The notes below the pieces were generated by a model. It did not search any database. It saw nothing but the letters and a program-made list of their open reading frames with translations, and was not told the origin of the DNA. Positions 12,301-25,300 of a DNA stretch of 60,027 nucleotides are shown here, in pieces (the first letter of the stretch is position 1; each line of letters starts with the position of its first letter). This stretch comes from Macrostomum lignano (taxonomy: Eukaryota): NCBI GenBank assembly GCA_002269645.1, contig NIVC01004115.1, positions 1-60,027 on the forward strand, in the 5' to 3' direction. The position numbers and the translations under genes were made by a program.

Positions 12301-12855
12301 CAAAGGACGCAGTGGAACATTTAGCATGCATTTACCGGTATGTATATGAGATTCGCCAATAGGCAAGAGATGTCTAAGAGCGATTGAAACAAAGGACGCA
12401 GTGGAACATTTAGCATGCATTTACCGGTGTGTATGAGATTCGCCAATAGGCAAGAGATGTATAAGAGCGATTGAAACAAAGGACACAGTGGAACATTTAG
12501 CATGCATTTACCGGTATGTATGAGATTCGCCAATAGGCAAGAGATGTCTAAGAGCGATTGAAACAAAGGACACAGTGGAACATTTAGCATGCATTTACCG
12601 GTATGTATGAGATTCACCAATAGGCAAGAGATGTCTAAGAGCGATTGAAACAAAGGACGCAGTGGAACATTTAGCATGCATTTACCGGTATGTATGAGAT
12701 TCGCCAATAGGCAAGAGATGTCTAAGAGAGATTGAAACAAAGGACACAGGCTAACACAACAGCTTACTCTTGGCTGGAAGGCTGGATAAGCTGGCACCAT
12801 TGGCGGACATGGCTGCCCAGACAGCGAGGATCAGCAGCAGCAGCCAGAGCCTCAT
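1818..12855 (-). CDS. Giant secreted polycationic protein: signal peptide + WSC domain + basic linker + ~30 x 83-aa Arg/Lys/Val/Ile repeats (~2799 aa, 3 exons)
   Basis: Exon 1 12855-12768 (88 nt, MRLWLLLLILAVWAAMSANGASLSSLPAK, donor A|GTAAGC, phase 1). Exon 2 11566-11270 (297 nt, acceptor cctcgcAG, 8-Cys WSC domain SVGCFKD...ECRCGNSYG...CNKPC...TCGG, donor G|GTGAGT, phase 1). Exon 3 9832-1818 (acceptor gtttccAG, phase 1, reads ATKRSPEKCAIDKRKI directly into MAAAKRIYK of the 2655-aa ORF). Total 8400 nt, in frame. The 3' end is uncertain because of frameshifting repeat units. Confidence 0.8.
10154..10758. mobile_element. Non-autonomous TIR element (MITE-like) whose left arm is interrupted by an insert carrying a TTAGGG-containing 21-bp repeat
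   Basis: CCGACCACTTTAGCATTTGGG at 10154 is the inverse of CCCAAATGCTAAAGTGGTCGG ending at 10758. The arm continues at ~10485-10517 as the inverse of ~10696-10730. No clear TSD. Confidence 0.55.
10262..10470 (+). repeat. 21-bp minisatellite GGTGGTGGAGTTTAGGGTTCA
   Basis: About 9 imperfect copies, G-rich, each containing TTAGGG. Confidence 0.9.
11270..11566 (-). CDS. WSC-domain exon (exon 2 of the giant polycation gene)
   Basis: AIKKPPSVGCFKDKAKPRDLPKLARLGSVTPAACAAQCFKLRFSYAGVQNGNECRCGNSYGRHGRAQGSECNKPCNGSRVQTCGGFWRNLILKTGFKA; eight cysteines in WSC spacing; canonical AG/GT boundaries. Confidence 0.9.
11862..12749. repeat. 85-89-bp intronic tandem repeat (~10 copies)
   Basis: Unit ggacgcagtggaacatttagcatgcatttaccggtatgtatatgagattcgcc...gaaacaaa, in intron 1 of the WSC-polycation gene. 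Confidence 0.95.
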
Positions 12856-14059
12856 GTTGAGTCCGGCCGCCGCTTGCGAAGCAATGTTTGCTGATGACAA
12901 CCGGCCAGCAATGCAGTTGCCTGGTTGAGATTTTTTGCAGCAGAGTTTCGTTTGTCAAAACAGACAAGCTGGCTGTGGAGTTTCTCGCTCCGCAGGTTCT
13001 CTCTTCTGCCAACGGTTGATCCAAATGGGGGACTCACCGTGGTTAGCTGGGGGACTTCGGAGAGAAGTGAGGCTTCAGGCGAAGAGCCAGCTGGCTGGTG
13101 GGCCGGCGGTTTTATCGCGCTGCCGATACCAGCATTGCGGCCTTCGTGCTGCGTCGATCGCGCCACCACCCGCCTGACCGCCCCCCCCCTCCTTACCCTC
13201 CGCGGACCATCGCCGTTTCTGCGAAGGAAGCGCTACAAAAAACCAGCTGGCCTCGAGACCGAGCTGCCGCTGCTTTTGTTTTACTCTTCCGGAGCCTCCC
13301 GGGCTTGCAGCCGTCGACAGCAACGCCGGGGAGGTGGGGGTGGGGCACTGGTGCGGTCCTCTACTCTCCGCCCCTCTCCGCCAGGCCACCCACGGCCGAG
13401 AGTTGCTGATTCAGCAGGTGGAGCTCCTGGCCAGCCCCCCAAGCCCCCCGCTCTGCAGTAATCGATTCAGCGATACTTCAGCAAGTTGGCAGCCGCAACG
13501 CTGCGCTGTCTTGGGTGGTGCCGGAATGACGAGCAACTGCAACCACTGGCTGCGCCCAGCAGTGCCCAACTCGCATTACCAACCCCCCCCCCTCAGTCCA
13601 GAGCTGGCAGAGTCCTGCACCCGCAAATTGGAGAACTCGAAAGTCATAAACAGCGCCAGAGAGAATCGATCAGCCTCTCCCTGCTCAACTCAACCACCCA
13701 GAGCTCCAGTTCGAGGATAAATTCCAGGGCATCGAAAGCTGCCGAAAACAAAAAATAAACAACAACAGAAGACGCAACACTTGAACTGAAAAGTGAACAG
13801 CAAACTAAACAAATGCCGTGTGCGGATATCAATATCAAACAGTCGCGTTTTATCTGATTATGAATTCTTTAACAAACTCAATCCGTGAAGCAGCTGAATT
13901 AACTATCAGCACTGACTAGTTGGGACACTGCGAATAAAATATTAAGACTGCAAGCACTGCGATAGCGCAAGCTTTGAAAATAAGTAGCTCGTAATATCGA
14001 ATGCTCTTCGCGATTAGTAAGTGCAATAAGAGAAAACTTATTGAAACACGGAAACAAGG

Positions 14060-14815
14060 AGACACGAGTGAAACACGAGTGAGACACGAGTGAGACACGA
14101 TTGACACACGAGTGAGACACGAGTGAGACACGATTGACACACGAGTGAGACACGAGTGAGACACGGGTGAGACACGGGTGAGACACGATTGACACACGAG
14201 TAAGACACGAGTGAGACACGGGTGAGACACGGGTGAGACACGGGTGAGACACGGGTGAGACACGATTGACACACGAGTAAGACACGAGTGAGACACGGGT
14301 GAGACACGGGTGAGACACGGGTGAGACACGATTGACACACGAGTAAGACACGAGTGAGACACGGGTGAGACACGGGTGAGACACGGGTGAGACACGATTG
14401 ACACACGAGTAAGACACGAGTGAGACACGGGTGAGACACGGGTGAGACACGATTGACACACGAGTAAGACACGAGTGAGACACGGGTGAGACACGGGTGA
14501 GACACGGGTGAGACACGATTGACACACGAGTAAGACACGAGTGAGACACGAGTGAGACACGGGTGAGACACGGGTGAGACACGAGTGAGACACGAGTGAG
14601 ACACGAGTGAGACACGAGTGAGACACGAGTGAGACACGATTGACACACGAGTGAGACACGAGTGAGACACGATTGACACACGAGTGAGACACGAGTGAGA
14701 CACGGGTGAGACACGAGTGAGACACGAGTAAGACACGAGTGAGACACGAGTGAGACACGAGTGAGACATGGGTGAGACACGAGTGAGACACGAGTGAGAC
14801 ACGAGAGGGACACAG
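14060..14815. repeat. 11-bp minisatellite (GAGACACGAGT/GAGACACGGGT variants)
   Basis: Direct inspection; explains the spurious SLVSHSCLTRV ORFs. Confidence 0.95.
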
Positions 14816-15229
14816 TTAGCTGAGTGAGCAAAAGTTGAGCCAGATAAACAAAAAGGTTGCATTTTAATATTTTAGCAAATAAACAAAAATTTTGTTGAAC
14901 GGACGCTAAAGCTTACAGAAAAACATTTCTTAGAATCTAAACTAAAAGCTAAATTCGCATTGGAATTGACGAGTAAAAAATAAACTGTTAAAGGAACTAA
15001 TCTACCAGCTAGTGGCAAAAAGGGCAAAAAGTTGAATGAAGAGTTGTATAAAATTTCTAATATTTTGATAACAAAAATTACTCTCAAGGAATTTAGCTCT
15101 GCAAATAAAAAAGAAGAGCTCACGGAGAACTTCCATCCTGGAACTATACATAAAATATCTGCTTGGAAAAATGTTTAGAAATAGCAGAATAATAAAGCTG
15201 AATGCTAAGCAGCAAAAGTAATAGATAAT

Positions 15230-16083
15230 CCAGGTCATAGATAGATCCGGTCATACATAGTTCCGGTCATAGATAGATCCGGTCATACATGTACATAGTT
15301 CCGGTCATAGATAGATCCGGTCATACATAGTTTCGGTCATAGATAGATCCGGTCATACATAGTTCCGGTCATAGATAGATCCGGTCATAAATAGTTCCGG
15401 TCATAGATAGATCCGGTCATACATAGTTCCGGTCATAGATAGATCCGGTCATAAATAGTTTTGGTCATAGATATCCGGTCATAAATAGTTCCGGTCATAG
15501 ATATCCGGTCAAAGTTCCGGTCAAAGACAGTTCAGTAATAGACAGATCAGATCCGATAAATTTGGTCATGATCGCATTGGTGAAGAAAGATTCGGTGACA
15601 GACAGACTGGGTCATAGGAGATAGGGTCATAGACAGATTGGGTCATAAACAGATTGGGTCATAGGCAGATTGAGCATAAGCAGCTTGGGTCATGGACAGA
15701 TTGGGTCATAGACAGACTGGGTCACAGGCAGATTGAGTCATAGGCAGATTGAGTCATAGACAGATTGGGTCATAGACAGACTGGGTCATAGGCAGACTGG
15801 GTCATAGGCAAATTGAGTCATAGACAGACTGGGTCATATACAGACTGGGTCATAGGCAGATTGAGTCATAGACAGATTGGGTCATAGACAGACTGGGTCA
15901 TAGGCAGACTGGGTCATAGGCAGATTGAGTCATAGACAGATTGGGTCATAGACAGACTGGGCCATAGGCAGACTGAGTCATAGGCAGATTGAGTCATAGA
16001 CAGATTGGGTCATAGACAGACTGGGTCATAGACAGACTGGGTCATAGGCAGACTGGGTCATAGGCAGATTGAGTCATAGACAG
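15230..16083. repeat. Two related 16-bp minisatellites (GTCATAGATAGATCCG; GTCATAGACAGATTGG)
   Basis: Arrays at ~15230-15525 and ~15595-16083, immediately downstream of the ROGDI stop codon. Confidence 0.9.
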
Positions 16084-16089
16084 TTCAAA

Positions 16090-19000
16090 CTAGGCCGCGC
16101 CGCTGAGCTGCAGCTGTCGCAGCTTCTCGATCAGCTGAGCCACGGTCAGCATGGCCCTGCTCAGGTGCAGCAGCAAGTCGTTCAGCCAGGGCACCACGGC
16201 CTGTCCGTGGTAGCGGCCGCTGATGTCGTAGGATTTTGTCCGGGTGTTGTAGTGCAGGAAGTACACAGCCAGCACCAGGCGGCGACCGCTGACGTACATC
16301 GACAGGCTCATGTCGTTGGGCACCGGGGGATGGAACACCTCCTGTTTGATGCGTTCATCATCAGCACTAATTAAGATCAAGAATATGCAAAATGCTCTCA
16401 TAATGAATTCTGGAGCAGTCAATGAGATAATAGAGAAACGCTAGAGAACACGCAACAGAATATCAATTATAACACCGATTATAAAACTCATTAGAACACT
16501 AATTAGAACACCGAATACAACATCAATTAAAACACTTATTAGATCAGAACACCAATTAGAACACTAATCAGAACACTAATCAGAACACCAATTAGAACAC
16601 CAATTAGAACACTATTCAGAATACCAATTAGAACATTGATCAGAATACCAATTAGAACACTAATCAGAACACCAATTGGAACACTAATCAGAACACCAAT
16701 TAGAACACTAATCAGAACACCAATTAGAACACTGATCAGAACACTAATCAGAACACCAATTAGAAGACACTACTAATCAGAACACTTACCAGAACACCAA
16801 TTAGAACACTGATCAGAACACCAATTGGAACACTAATCAGAACACCAATTAGAACACTAATCAGAACACCAATTAGAACACTGATCAGAACACTAATCAG
16901 AACACCAATTAGAAGACACTACTAATCAGAACACTTACCAGAACACCAATTAGAACACTGATCAGAACACCAATTCGAACACTAATCAGAACACTAATCA
17001 GAACACCAATTAGAAGACACTACTAATCAGAACACTTACCAGAACACCAATTAGAACACCAATTAGAACACCAATTAGAACACTAATTATAACACTAATC
17101 AGAACACCAATTAGAACACTAATTAGAACACTAATCAGAACACCAATTAGAACACTAATCAGAACACCAATTAGAACACTAATTAGAACACTACTAATTA
17201 GAACACCAATTAGAACACTAATCAGAACACCAATTGGAACACTAATCAGAACACCAATTAGAACACTAATCAGAACACTAATCAGAACACCAATTAGAAC
17301 ACTAATTAGAACACTAATTAGAACACCAATTAGAACACTAATTAGAACAATAATCAGAACACCAATTAGAACACTACTAATCAGAACACCAATTAGAACA
17401 CTAATCAGAACACCAATTGGAACACTAATCAGAACACCAATTAGAACACTAATCAGAACACTAATCAGAACACCAATTAGAACACTAATTAGAACACTAA
17501 TTAGAACACCAATTAGAACACTAATTAGAACAATAATCAGAACACCAATTAGAACACTACTAATCAGAACACCAATTAGAACACTACTAATCAGAACACC
17601 AATTCGAACACCAATCATAACACCAATTTAAAAATTTACAAGAACAGCCACAAGAAAGGCGGGCTTCCCCACCTTGTGCCGGCTGTGCGCGAGCTCCTCA
17701 ACGGATTTCTTCTGCGGCAGCACCACGTGGTCCCGCGCGGACTTCAGGCAGGCAAAAATTCGGTCCAGGGTCTCGAGGGTCCGCGCCGGCTCGGACTGGC
17801 AGCCGACCTCGCAGGCCTGCTGGATGCAGAGCTTGGCGGCCTGGAGGGTGCTGCCGCAGCCGATGAGCTGCGGATTTGGCAGATTTGTGGGCGGCTCAGG
17901 TGAGCTTCTCAGCGCGAATCCTCTAGATGAGTTCCGATGTCTCTACCGGTAGATGTGCCCAGATGTCTAGAGGGGAATTACAATCTCATGAAAAATCGCA
18001 AGGGCGTCTAAAAAGTTTTCACTGTCTTTAGAGAGGCCGGGCTTAGAGGTCAAAAGAAGATCTCCAGAGGTCTCAAGATTGTCTTGCGACGTTTCAGAGT
18101 CTTTAGAGGGGTCTCAGTCTCGTGTTCTCTGTCCAGATGTCCAAGTGTCTATAGATGGGTATCAGTGCTGTCTGTAGATGTTTCCGTGTCTCTAGATGGG
18201 TGCCAGTGTTGTCTGCAGATGTCCCAGTGTCTATATGGTATTAGTGTTGTCTGTAGATGTCCCAGTGTCTATAGATGGATGCCAGTGTTGTCTGTAGATG
18301 TCCCAGTGTCTATAGATTGGTGCCAGTGTTGTCTGTAGATGTCCCAGTGTCTATAGATTGGTGCCAGTGTTGTCTGTAGATGTCCCAGTGTCTATAGATT
18401 GGTGCCAGTGTTGTCTGTAGATGTCCCAGTGTCTATAGATGGATGCCAGTGTTGTCTGTAGATGTCCCAGTGTCTATAGATGGTGCCAGTGCTGCCTGTG
18501 GATGTCCCATGGTATCTATAGGCCCCAGAGTACACTGAGTCGCCGGCAGAATACTCTATATGCTATATGCAGTGCATGTTTTCAACAGACAAGTATTGTA
18601 ATCGATAGAGTATTTGCGTGCACAAAAATGCACACAGAAGACTTCTGGAAGGTTCCAGCACATTCGTAAACAGAGTTCAGCCAGAGTAATAAAAGAGCAG
18701 GTTGCTTCAAGGCGCATTGCTGAATTGCGATATGGTTTGAAACTGCTGAAAGCAGCAGAACCGCGGCTCGTGAGGGTGGCGGTGGGTGTGGGGGCAGAAC
18801 CGGTCCGAAGCAGAGTTGGGCTGCATTTCTGCTTGCAGTTGCTTCTTTTGCGACAGATCGAGCGGTTGAGGAGACAAACCCGCAGAGGGCGGTGCAACTG
18901 CCAGGGGTGGCGGGGGTTCGGGAGTTCCTGCACAGCTCACTCACAGCTGCCCCTACACGCCTCCCCGGCCGAGGCAAGGGCGAAGCCAGCCGGACAGTGC

Positions 19001-19825
19001 GCGATCCCCAGCAGCGCCCAGTGACAAAATTATAACTCCAAAAATGAGCTCACCTGCTGCAGCTTGTAGGAACTGCCTTCGGCTATGCCGCAGCGGTAGA
19101 ACTGCTTGAAGGGGCTCTCGACGCTGATGTCCTGCGGCGCGAGGGAGAGGTCGGTTCTACATTATTCACACACTGGCGTTGGTCATTCACGCACTGGCTT
19201 TGGTCATTCACGCACTGGCTTTGGTCATTCACGCACTGGCTTTGGTCATTCACGCACTGGCTTTGGTCATTCACGCACTGGCTTTGGTCATTCACACGCT
19301 GGCTTTGGTCATTCACGCACTGGCTTTGATTATTCACGCACTGGCTTTGGTCATTCACACACTGGCTTTGATTATTCACGCACTGGCTTTGGTCATTCAC
19401 GCACTAGCTTGACCATTCACGCACTGGCTTTGGTCATTCACGCACATGTATATCATTCACGCATCCAACTATCGGTCACCATTTAGGAATGAGCATTCAC
19501 TCTTTGACTAGAAGTTCATTCTAAATACAATAAAGTATAGGCTAAGAGTACAGTTGGAACTTACTGCTTCTGTTATCTCGTCTCCATTGAGAGTGACTAC
19601 TGCTTTGAGACTGCACTGTCTAAAATTTAGCAACATTGAGATTAAAGTTAAGATAAACAAATTTGCACTGGTACCATTAGACATTCTGGGTACTCACTCA
19701 TTGGGAGTGAACAGAAATTTACTGGCAGGTTGGGCAAGCTTCTTTTCAGACTGGTCCACAATAACTTGCAACTGTTGTAAAGTGGCAATGTACTCACGCT
19801 CAAGAAGCCAAGCCAGCTCATCCAT
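16090..19825 (-). CDS. ROGDI: Rogdi-family protein (Rav2/Rabconnectin-3 V-ATPase assembly subunit), 235 aa, 5 exons
   Basis: Exons 19825-19698 (MDELAWLLEREYIATLQQLQ...), 19619-19565 (QCSLKAVVTLNGDEITEA), 19131-19054 (DISVESPF...YKLQQ), 17867-17673 (LIGCG...LDRIFACLKSARDHVVLP...), 16341-16090 (EVFHPPVPNDMSLSMYV...VVPWLNDLLLHL). All GT-AG and phase-consistent (708 nt). Motifs recognised from ROGDI (EFRWLL, KGVLTLQGD, WKLQQ, VIPWLND). Confidence 0.9.
16490..17625. repeat. 12-bp minisatellite (AGAACACCAATT/AGAACACTAATC) in ROGDI intron 4
   Basis: Direct inspection. Confidence 0.95.
18165..18500. repeat. 39-bp minisatellite in ROGDI intron 3
   Basis: Unit gatgtcccagtgtctatagattggtgccagtgttgtctgta. 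Confidence 0.9.
19170..19445. repeat. 21-bp minisatellite in ROGDI intron 2
   Basis: Unit tggctttggtcattcacgcac. Confidence 0.95.
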
Positions 19826-20834
19826 TGCAGTGGATAGAATATTTTAACATAAATTTTTTGTATTATTGTACTAAATTTATAAATTTAAACTAAATTGTAT
19901 TAAAGTGTTTTGCTTTTGTCTTATAAACAAAAATGCTTCCAAAATTCTTTAAAATTATGTTGAAATGGCTAAAATACATGTCTAGAACAAATAGAAAACT
20001 GTTTTCAGTGATAGATATAGTAGTTTGAAAATAAAATATGAAAGAAATCAGAAATTTTTATTTTGTTTTTTTTCAAATATAGTATACTACCATACAGAAT
20101 AATCACAATCAGAATTTAATTTTTTAAACAGTTTTTTTATCTATCTTTGTATAACTAGTAATGGTATATTATTAACTTTAGTCCTCATCTAATATGCTTT
20201 TAATCTAGCATAAAATAGTGAAATACAAAAGCTGCATGACATCACCATAGCCATGGGCTGATAGCATAGCAATTAGCAATGATTAAAAAACAGTCATGTT
20301 TACATTGATTGATTATTAGACATTATTAAGGAAGAAAAGTATCATGTCCAGGCGCAAATTAGAAATTTTTGAACGGGGCGCAGATTACCAAGGTAGTTTT
20401 GATTTGATTTGATTTTGATTATTTATTTATTCAATTATTCAGGTCGTATTACGCAGAGAAAAGAAAAAACTCTATGGGCGCACACACCCTTTGTGCGCTA
20501 CCCCTGAATTCACTACTGATAATGTCTTGCTACACCTAAATCTGGAATGCCTATACTCTTCAATAAGAGCAATATGCACGTTCATTCGGCATTCGCTAAG
20601 CGAACATGTCATTAGATAGCGGCTTCCGTTGAAATTCCGTTATTCTGTTATTGGGTCTAAGTTATTTCTTAGAAAATCGAATTATTGTAAAGTTTCCGCT
20701 ATTGAAAACGTTTAAACACATTTGAAGTCATCTCCGAATGTTATGCTCTGAAATAACCCTCTTGTAATTTTAAATTAATTTTAAACTAATTGAATTACCT
20801 TTTGCCATAATCATCAAGAATTACGACCAAATCG

Positions 20835-21296
20835 CAGAATAGCTCTTTTTTGCTTCTGAGGTGGGGGTGGAGAAGAAAGGATATCTGGTCGGTCGGTTTG
20901 AAAATTTGCTGACACCAATGAGGTGGGGCGGATTCCTCGTTTGAATTGCCGCCGGCGTTGTTGAAACACGAATAAAGCCGGAAACTCGCGCAGATAATCT
21001 CAATGAATTTCTTCTCCTTTTACTCCGACAGCCGGGTTCTCAAGTCCGGGGGAGGGTAGTTGTAATCGTAGCGGAGCGGTCGTAGAGCGGCACGGACGTT
21101 CAGATGTAGAACACAGGAGATTCTGACTCCGTAAATTAATGCGTCGATGAGTTGAACTTGTTACTTTTAGTAGGGTAGTTGCTGCCACCACCGTAATTTA
21201 CGTATTACGGAACGTTAATGTCTCAGAGCTTCTTGGAGATGAGAACTTGGTTCGTTTTACGCCCCGTGGGCAAATAACTCAAGATAGGCTATGGGC
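20835..21296 (-). mobile_element. Dispersed repeat, copy 1 (~460 bp, unclassified)
   Basis: Reverse complement aligns by eye along its length with 42246-42690 (e.g. cttgagt.atttgccc..ggggcgtaaaa, ggtggtggcagcaactac, ggcggcaattcaaacgaggaatccgccccacctca). Confidence 0.8.
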
Positions 21297-22305
21297 TTAA
21301 TGAATTAGTTATGGAACAATATAAGCGAAATATTATTATTATTATTATTATTGTTTAACTGAATATTATAGTAAAGACGATTATGGCTTAGCAGGCAGGT
21401 GGAAGTTAATTAAGCACGACGAAGATAATTACTCGAACAGAGCCGCGGTGCACTAAAAGATTAAGATACGACTTATAAAAGTATTACTAAGTCAGTCAGT
21501 CGGTCCGGGAGCCGGGCGGAGGCTTCCTTAAAGAAAAGTTGAGAGTGTTTGAGAGAGGGAGAGCGCGAGTTTGAGCGTTAGTTTTTGAGCGAGAGTTGAG
21601 AAGCATGCAAATAAATAGATAACAAAAAAACAAACAATAACAGGGGCGAAAGTTGGACTGGCAGCTGGGCAACGGGTTGGACAAAAGGTTGGGCACCAGG
21701 TTGGACAGAGGCGGTAACGCAGAAAATAAACCGGAAAGAAAAACAACAAGAGTGGGGAAACGTTGCTTCAAAGGTGGGACAGATGGGAGGAACAAAATTG
21801 GGAACGAGAAGACAACCTGTGAAAAAAAATGACGAATTATCAACCGTTGACAGATTACGCAAAAATTCCGGGTGTTGGGGCACATGATTAAAGTTCAAAT
21901 TAGTAAATTGAACAAAAAATAATTCCTATACCAAAGTGGCAACCCGACTGCCACACTTCCACCACCTTCAAATGAAATGAAATATTAAACATTTTGCGGG
22001 ACTCAAGTTCGTCAATCTGTGTTAATACACCAAATCGGTCTGTGAATGAACTTTATCAAAACGTGCCTAAAGGCCAAAAACAGTGTAAAACAGTAAAATT
22101 GCTAAACTTTTTTCATCCAATCACATCGTCACCTATGAAGATTATTAATTTGTATTCAACTTTTAAATTTTATCATAAACTCGTCAGGCTCTATCTATCT
22201 GGCTATCCTCAGTAATTTTAGGTCATTGAGCCATTACTATAATATAGTAAAAGATTAAATTTCTCAAATTCTGTCATCCATTTGTTCGATCTGGTTTTGT
22301 CAAAG

Positions 22306-25300
22306 ATGTCTGGATGCATCAGACAAATAAATACTGTCCTTTTTATTGCATTTGTACTTGTCAATTTATTTGCTTTGGATTTGGCTTATAGACCAAAGGT
22401 AAGTATAAAGCTTTTTTGTTTTGTTTTTTTTTCATTTTCAGCCTTTTTTATTGGAATTGTATTGATTAAAATTAAATTGTGATTAAATTTAAAGGGCCTG
22501 TCAATTTGTCTTAGCTTTTAAAGTGGGGTCTGAGTAACCCATGCTATGTATACAAATGATGGGTGCTGGTCATTTTGTCAATTGGTATTTTATCAAATAG
22601 TTGACAAAAAAGTGATTATTTGGCAGGGGTAGCAGTATTTGCTATTGATGAAGTAACCAAGTTTAGAGGTCTTATTGATTGGTCAGTTGATAAAGTGATT
22701 AAGAATAAGATCCACACTCCGGATCATGTAGTATATACCCAAACATTTAGGCATGCATTGGCCTTGTATGCCAAAAGTAGGCACGCATAGTTGGCATATA
22801 TCACTCCTAAGAAAATATACCTGGCGTGCACTTTGTAGAATCATGCAGAAAAATTATTGTAGAGTAGAAGAAAGATAAAAAAGTTCATTTTTAAGCATAA
22901 ATTTCCTGCTTTCCAGGTTTTTAAGCTTGTAATAAGGCATTTAAACAACTCTTTGCATGTATCAATTTTCTACTATAAATAGTATCACCAAAAAAGCAGA
23001 AAAATTAACCAAATTATTTGTCAAAAAGGGTCTATTATGCAATGAAAAAAGGTAATTTATTGTCACAATACTGGCAAAGTTTTAAGAATGGGTGTGCACT
23101 TAATTTTTTTGGCATGCATTTGTAACTATCAATTTTTGTTCGGGCATGCACCTATCATGATCCGGACTATAGACTAAGATCAATGGCTTCCCAATTGACA
23201 AAATGAAATGAATTTTAAATTATAGTTATTCTTGTGTCGTAGGGCTCTTAATTATTCCTTTTGCTAGCCTTACTAGCTGCCACCAAAGTTGTTACAGGCC
23301 TTTTGGCTCTCTATAAGAATTCCACCATTATGCCACCAAGTTGTGCTCGGGGTTAACTTCTGTCCCTATAAATGATTTCACCGCTGTTACTAAGTTGTTG
23401 TAGGGGGTTTTCTTCCTTCTCAATAATATCCCACTGCTGTTATCAAGTTGTCACAGTGCTCTTCCCTGTAAACTGAGAATCCTAAATGCCACCCAAAGTT
23501 GTTATAAAGCTATTTCTCCTTAATAATTCTACTGGTTATTAATTGTCTTTCTACTGGTAGCGCATGTACTTCTATCGGTAGTGTATGTACTTCTATTGGT
23601 AGCGTATGTACTTCTATTGTACTTTCTAGCCTGAGCGGTCTAATAGCACTGTCTATTCTATTCCTATGCTTCCCCTAATATTATTCTCTCAGTCCTGGGC
23701 GTTCCCTGGATCAGAGGGTCACAGCTTATGCTCTTTCTCTGCCCTGAGGCGATCTTCTCTCGTTATGAGGCGGTTCTCCTGCCCTGAGGCGAATTTAAAA
23801 TTTACTGCCCTGAGGCGGTTTCTCGCTTGTAGCAGTTTCTGATACTCCCAATTGGGGTTCTTATACTCTAAGAAATGATTAAGTCTTTAAGCAACTTCAA
23901 TATTTAGAACGAACTAAATTTGCTTATCGAAAACCGAGAGGCAGCAAACGGTTGCTTCCTCAAGTCTGCTCAGTGTGTCTGTTTACACCCAAAATTCGTT
24001 ATAGTTTAAACAAAATAATAATTGCAACAATATTTTTGCAAACCACAAAATTCAAACAAATATTTCGCGCAGATTTGAATAAAGGTTTTTCTAAGAAAGG
24101 CAAACATAAAACGAGTAAAATTTAAAAGTATTAGAGCTATTATTAATGCCTGTCTCACTTGAAATAGCCTTTCTTTTCTTTTGTTATAGTTTAATGAATT
24201 TTGTATTTACAAAATTAAAATATACATACATATTTTAAAAAACAATATGTCAATTGCAGTATGGTACAATTTGAAATTTATTAACCTGCTTTACCCACTT
24301 CATATATGTAAGAGTTTAATAGAAGAATTCTTGGCACACATGCAGCCATGAACATATACACAATATTGCATTGCATAATATATACATAATGCATAATTTA
24401 TTAAGTGACCATCATTTTAAAGTATTGCAATTGGCAATTGACAAAGTGACCACATTTAGAGGTCCACTGATTAGCCAGTTAACAAAATGACCTAAGGGCA
24501 ATGGCTCACTAGTTGACACAATGCTAGTTGAAAATTTGACTAAGATCCCAAATTATATGTTATTTTGCTTATAATGCCACTAGACAGTTGGTTTTGGCAA
24601 AAAGTGATAAAAATTAGACTTGGGAGAACAAGCAAAGGGATAAATAGGGATTACTATGTCAACTTAAACTCATAAAGTTGAATCCCTATTATCCCCTTGC
24701 TTGTTTTCCCCTATCCTAAGTCTAATTTTTGTTGCTTTTTTCCAAGCCCTGCTTTTTGGTATTGTAAGGTTTTTCTTTAATTTGGTTATTGACTAAGAGC
24801 AAGGCGGTGGTTCATTTGGTAGTTTATTAATGGAAATCAGATCAAAGAGAAAACAAGGGGAGAGAGTGATTTGTGTCGCTGCCATTACCATATATTTATA
24901 GATCTGTAAATGTCTTTCAGAAATTTCTAGAAAGATTGAGTGCATCTTAACAAAGCAATTAAACACGTAATTATATATGTTACGCAAATAAAAGTAGAAT
25001 ATTAACAGTTAAGTAATATTTAATTATTTACTATTTGTGTGCGTATTTTATAGATAAGATGCTAACTTGAAGAAGTTTCTGGAAATATAAATGTTTTTAA
25101 CTTTTAGAAATAATATTTTTAGTATATTGGACTATAATACTATATTCTTATCTAAGAATATCTACCTAGATCTAATAAAATATGACATGATTTTCATTTA
25201 AGTCTAAATTAAACATTGGTTTAGTAAATTTGTCCAAATGCCCCTTTGTTTGAATTACTTTTTCTGTTAACAATATAATCTAGGGTCTAGATTGTATAAT

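Noticed and set aside
11862-12749. CRISPR-like array
   Set aside because: Units are fully repeated with no unique spacers, there are no cas genes, and the context is eukaryotic.
12852-13760. GC-rich overlapping ORFs upstream of the signal-peptide exon
   Set aside because: No recognisable domain or consistent splice pattern; possibly decayed repeat DNA.
13899-14862. ORFs over minisatellites (also 17010-17618, 19083-19486, 27075-27672, 29033-29429, 35324-35782, 36633-37106, 48751-50424, 54175-54584, 58633-59559)
   Set aside because: They are translations of stop-free tandem repeats lying in introns or intergenic DNA.
22720-23165. Possible MITE bounded by TCCGGATCATG inverted repeats
   Set aside because: Only 11 bp match cleanly and no TSD was found; too weak to call.
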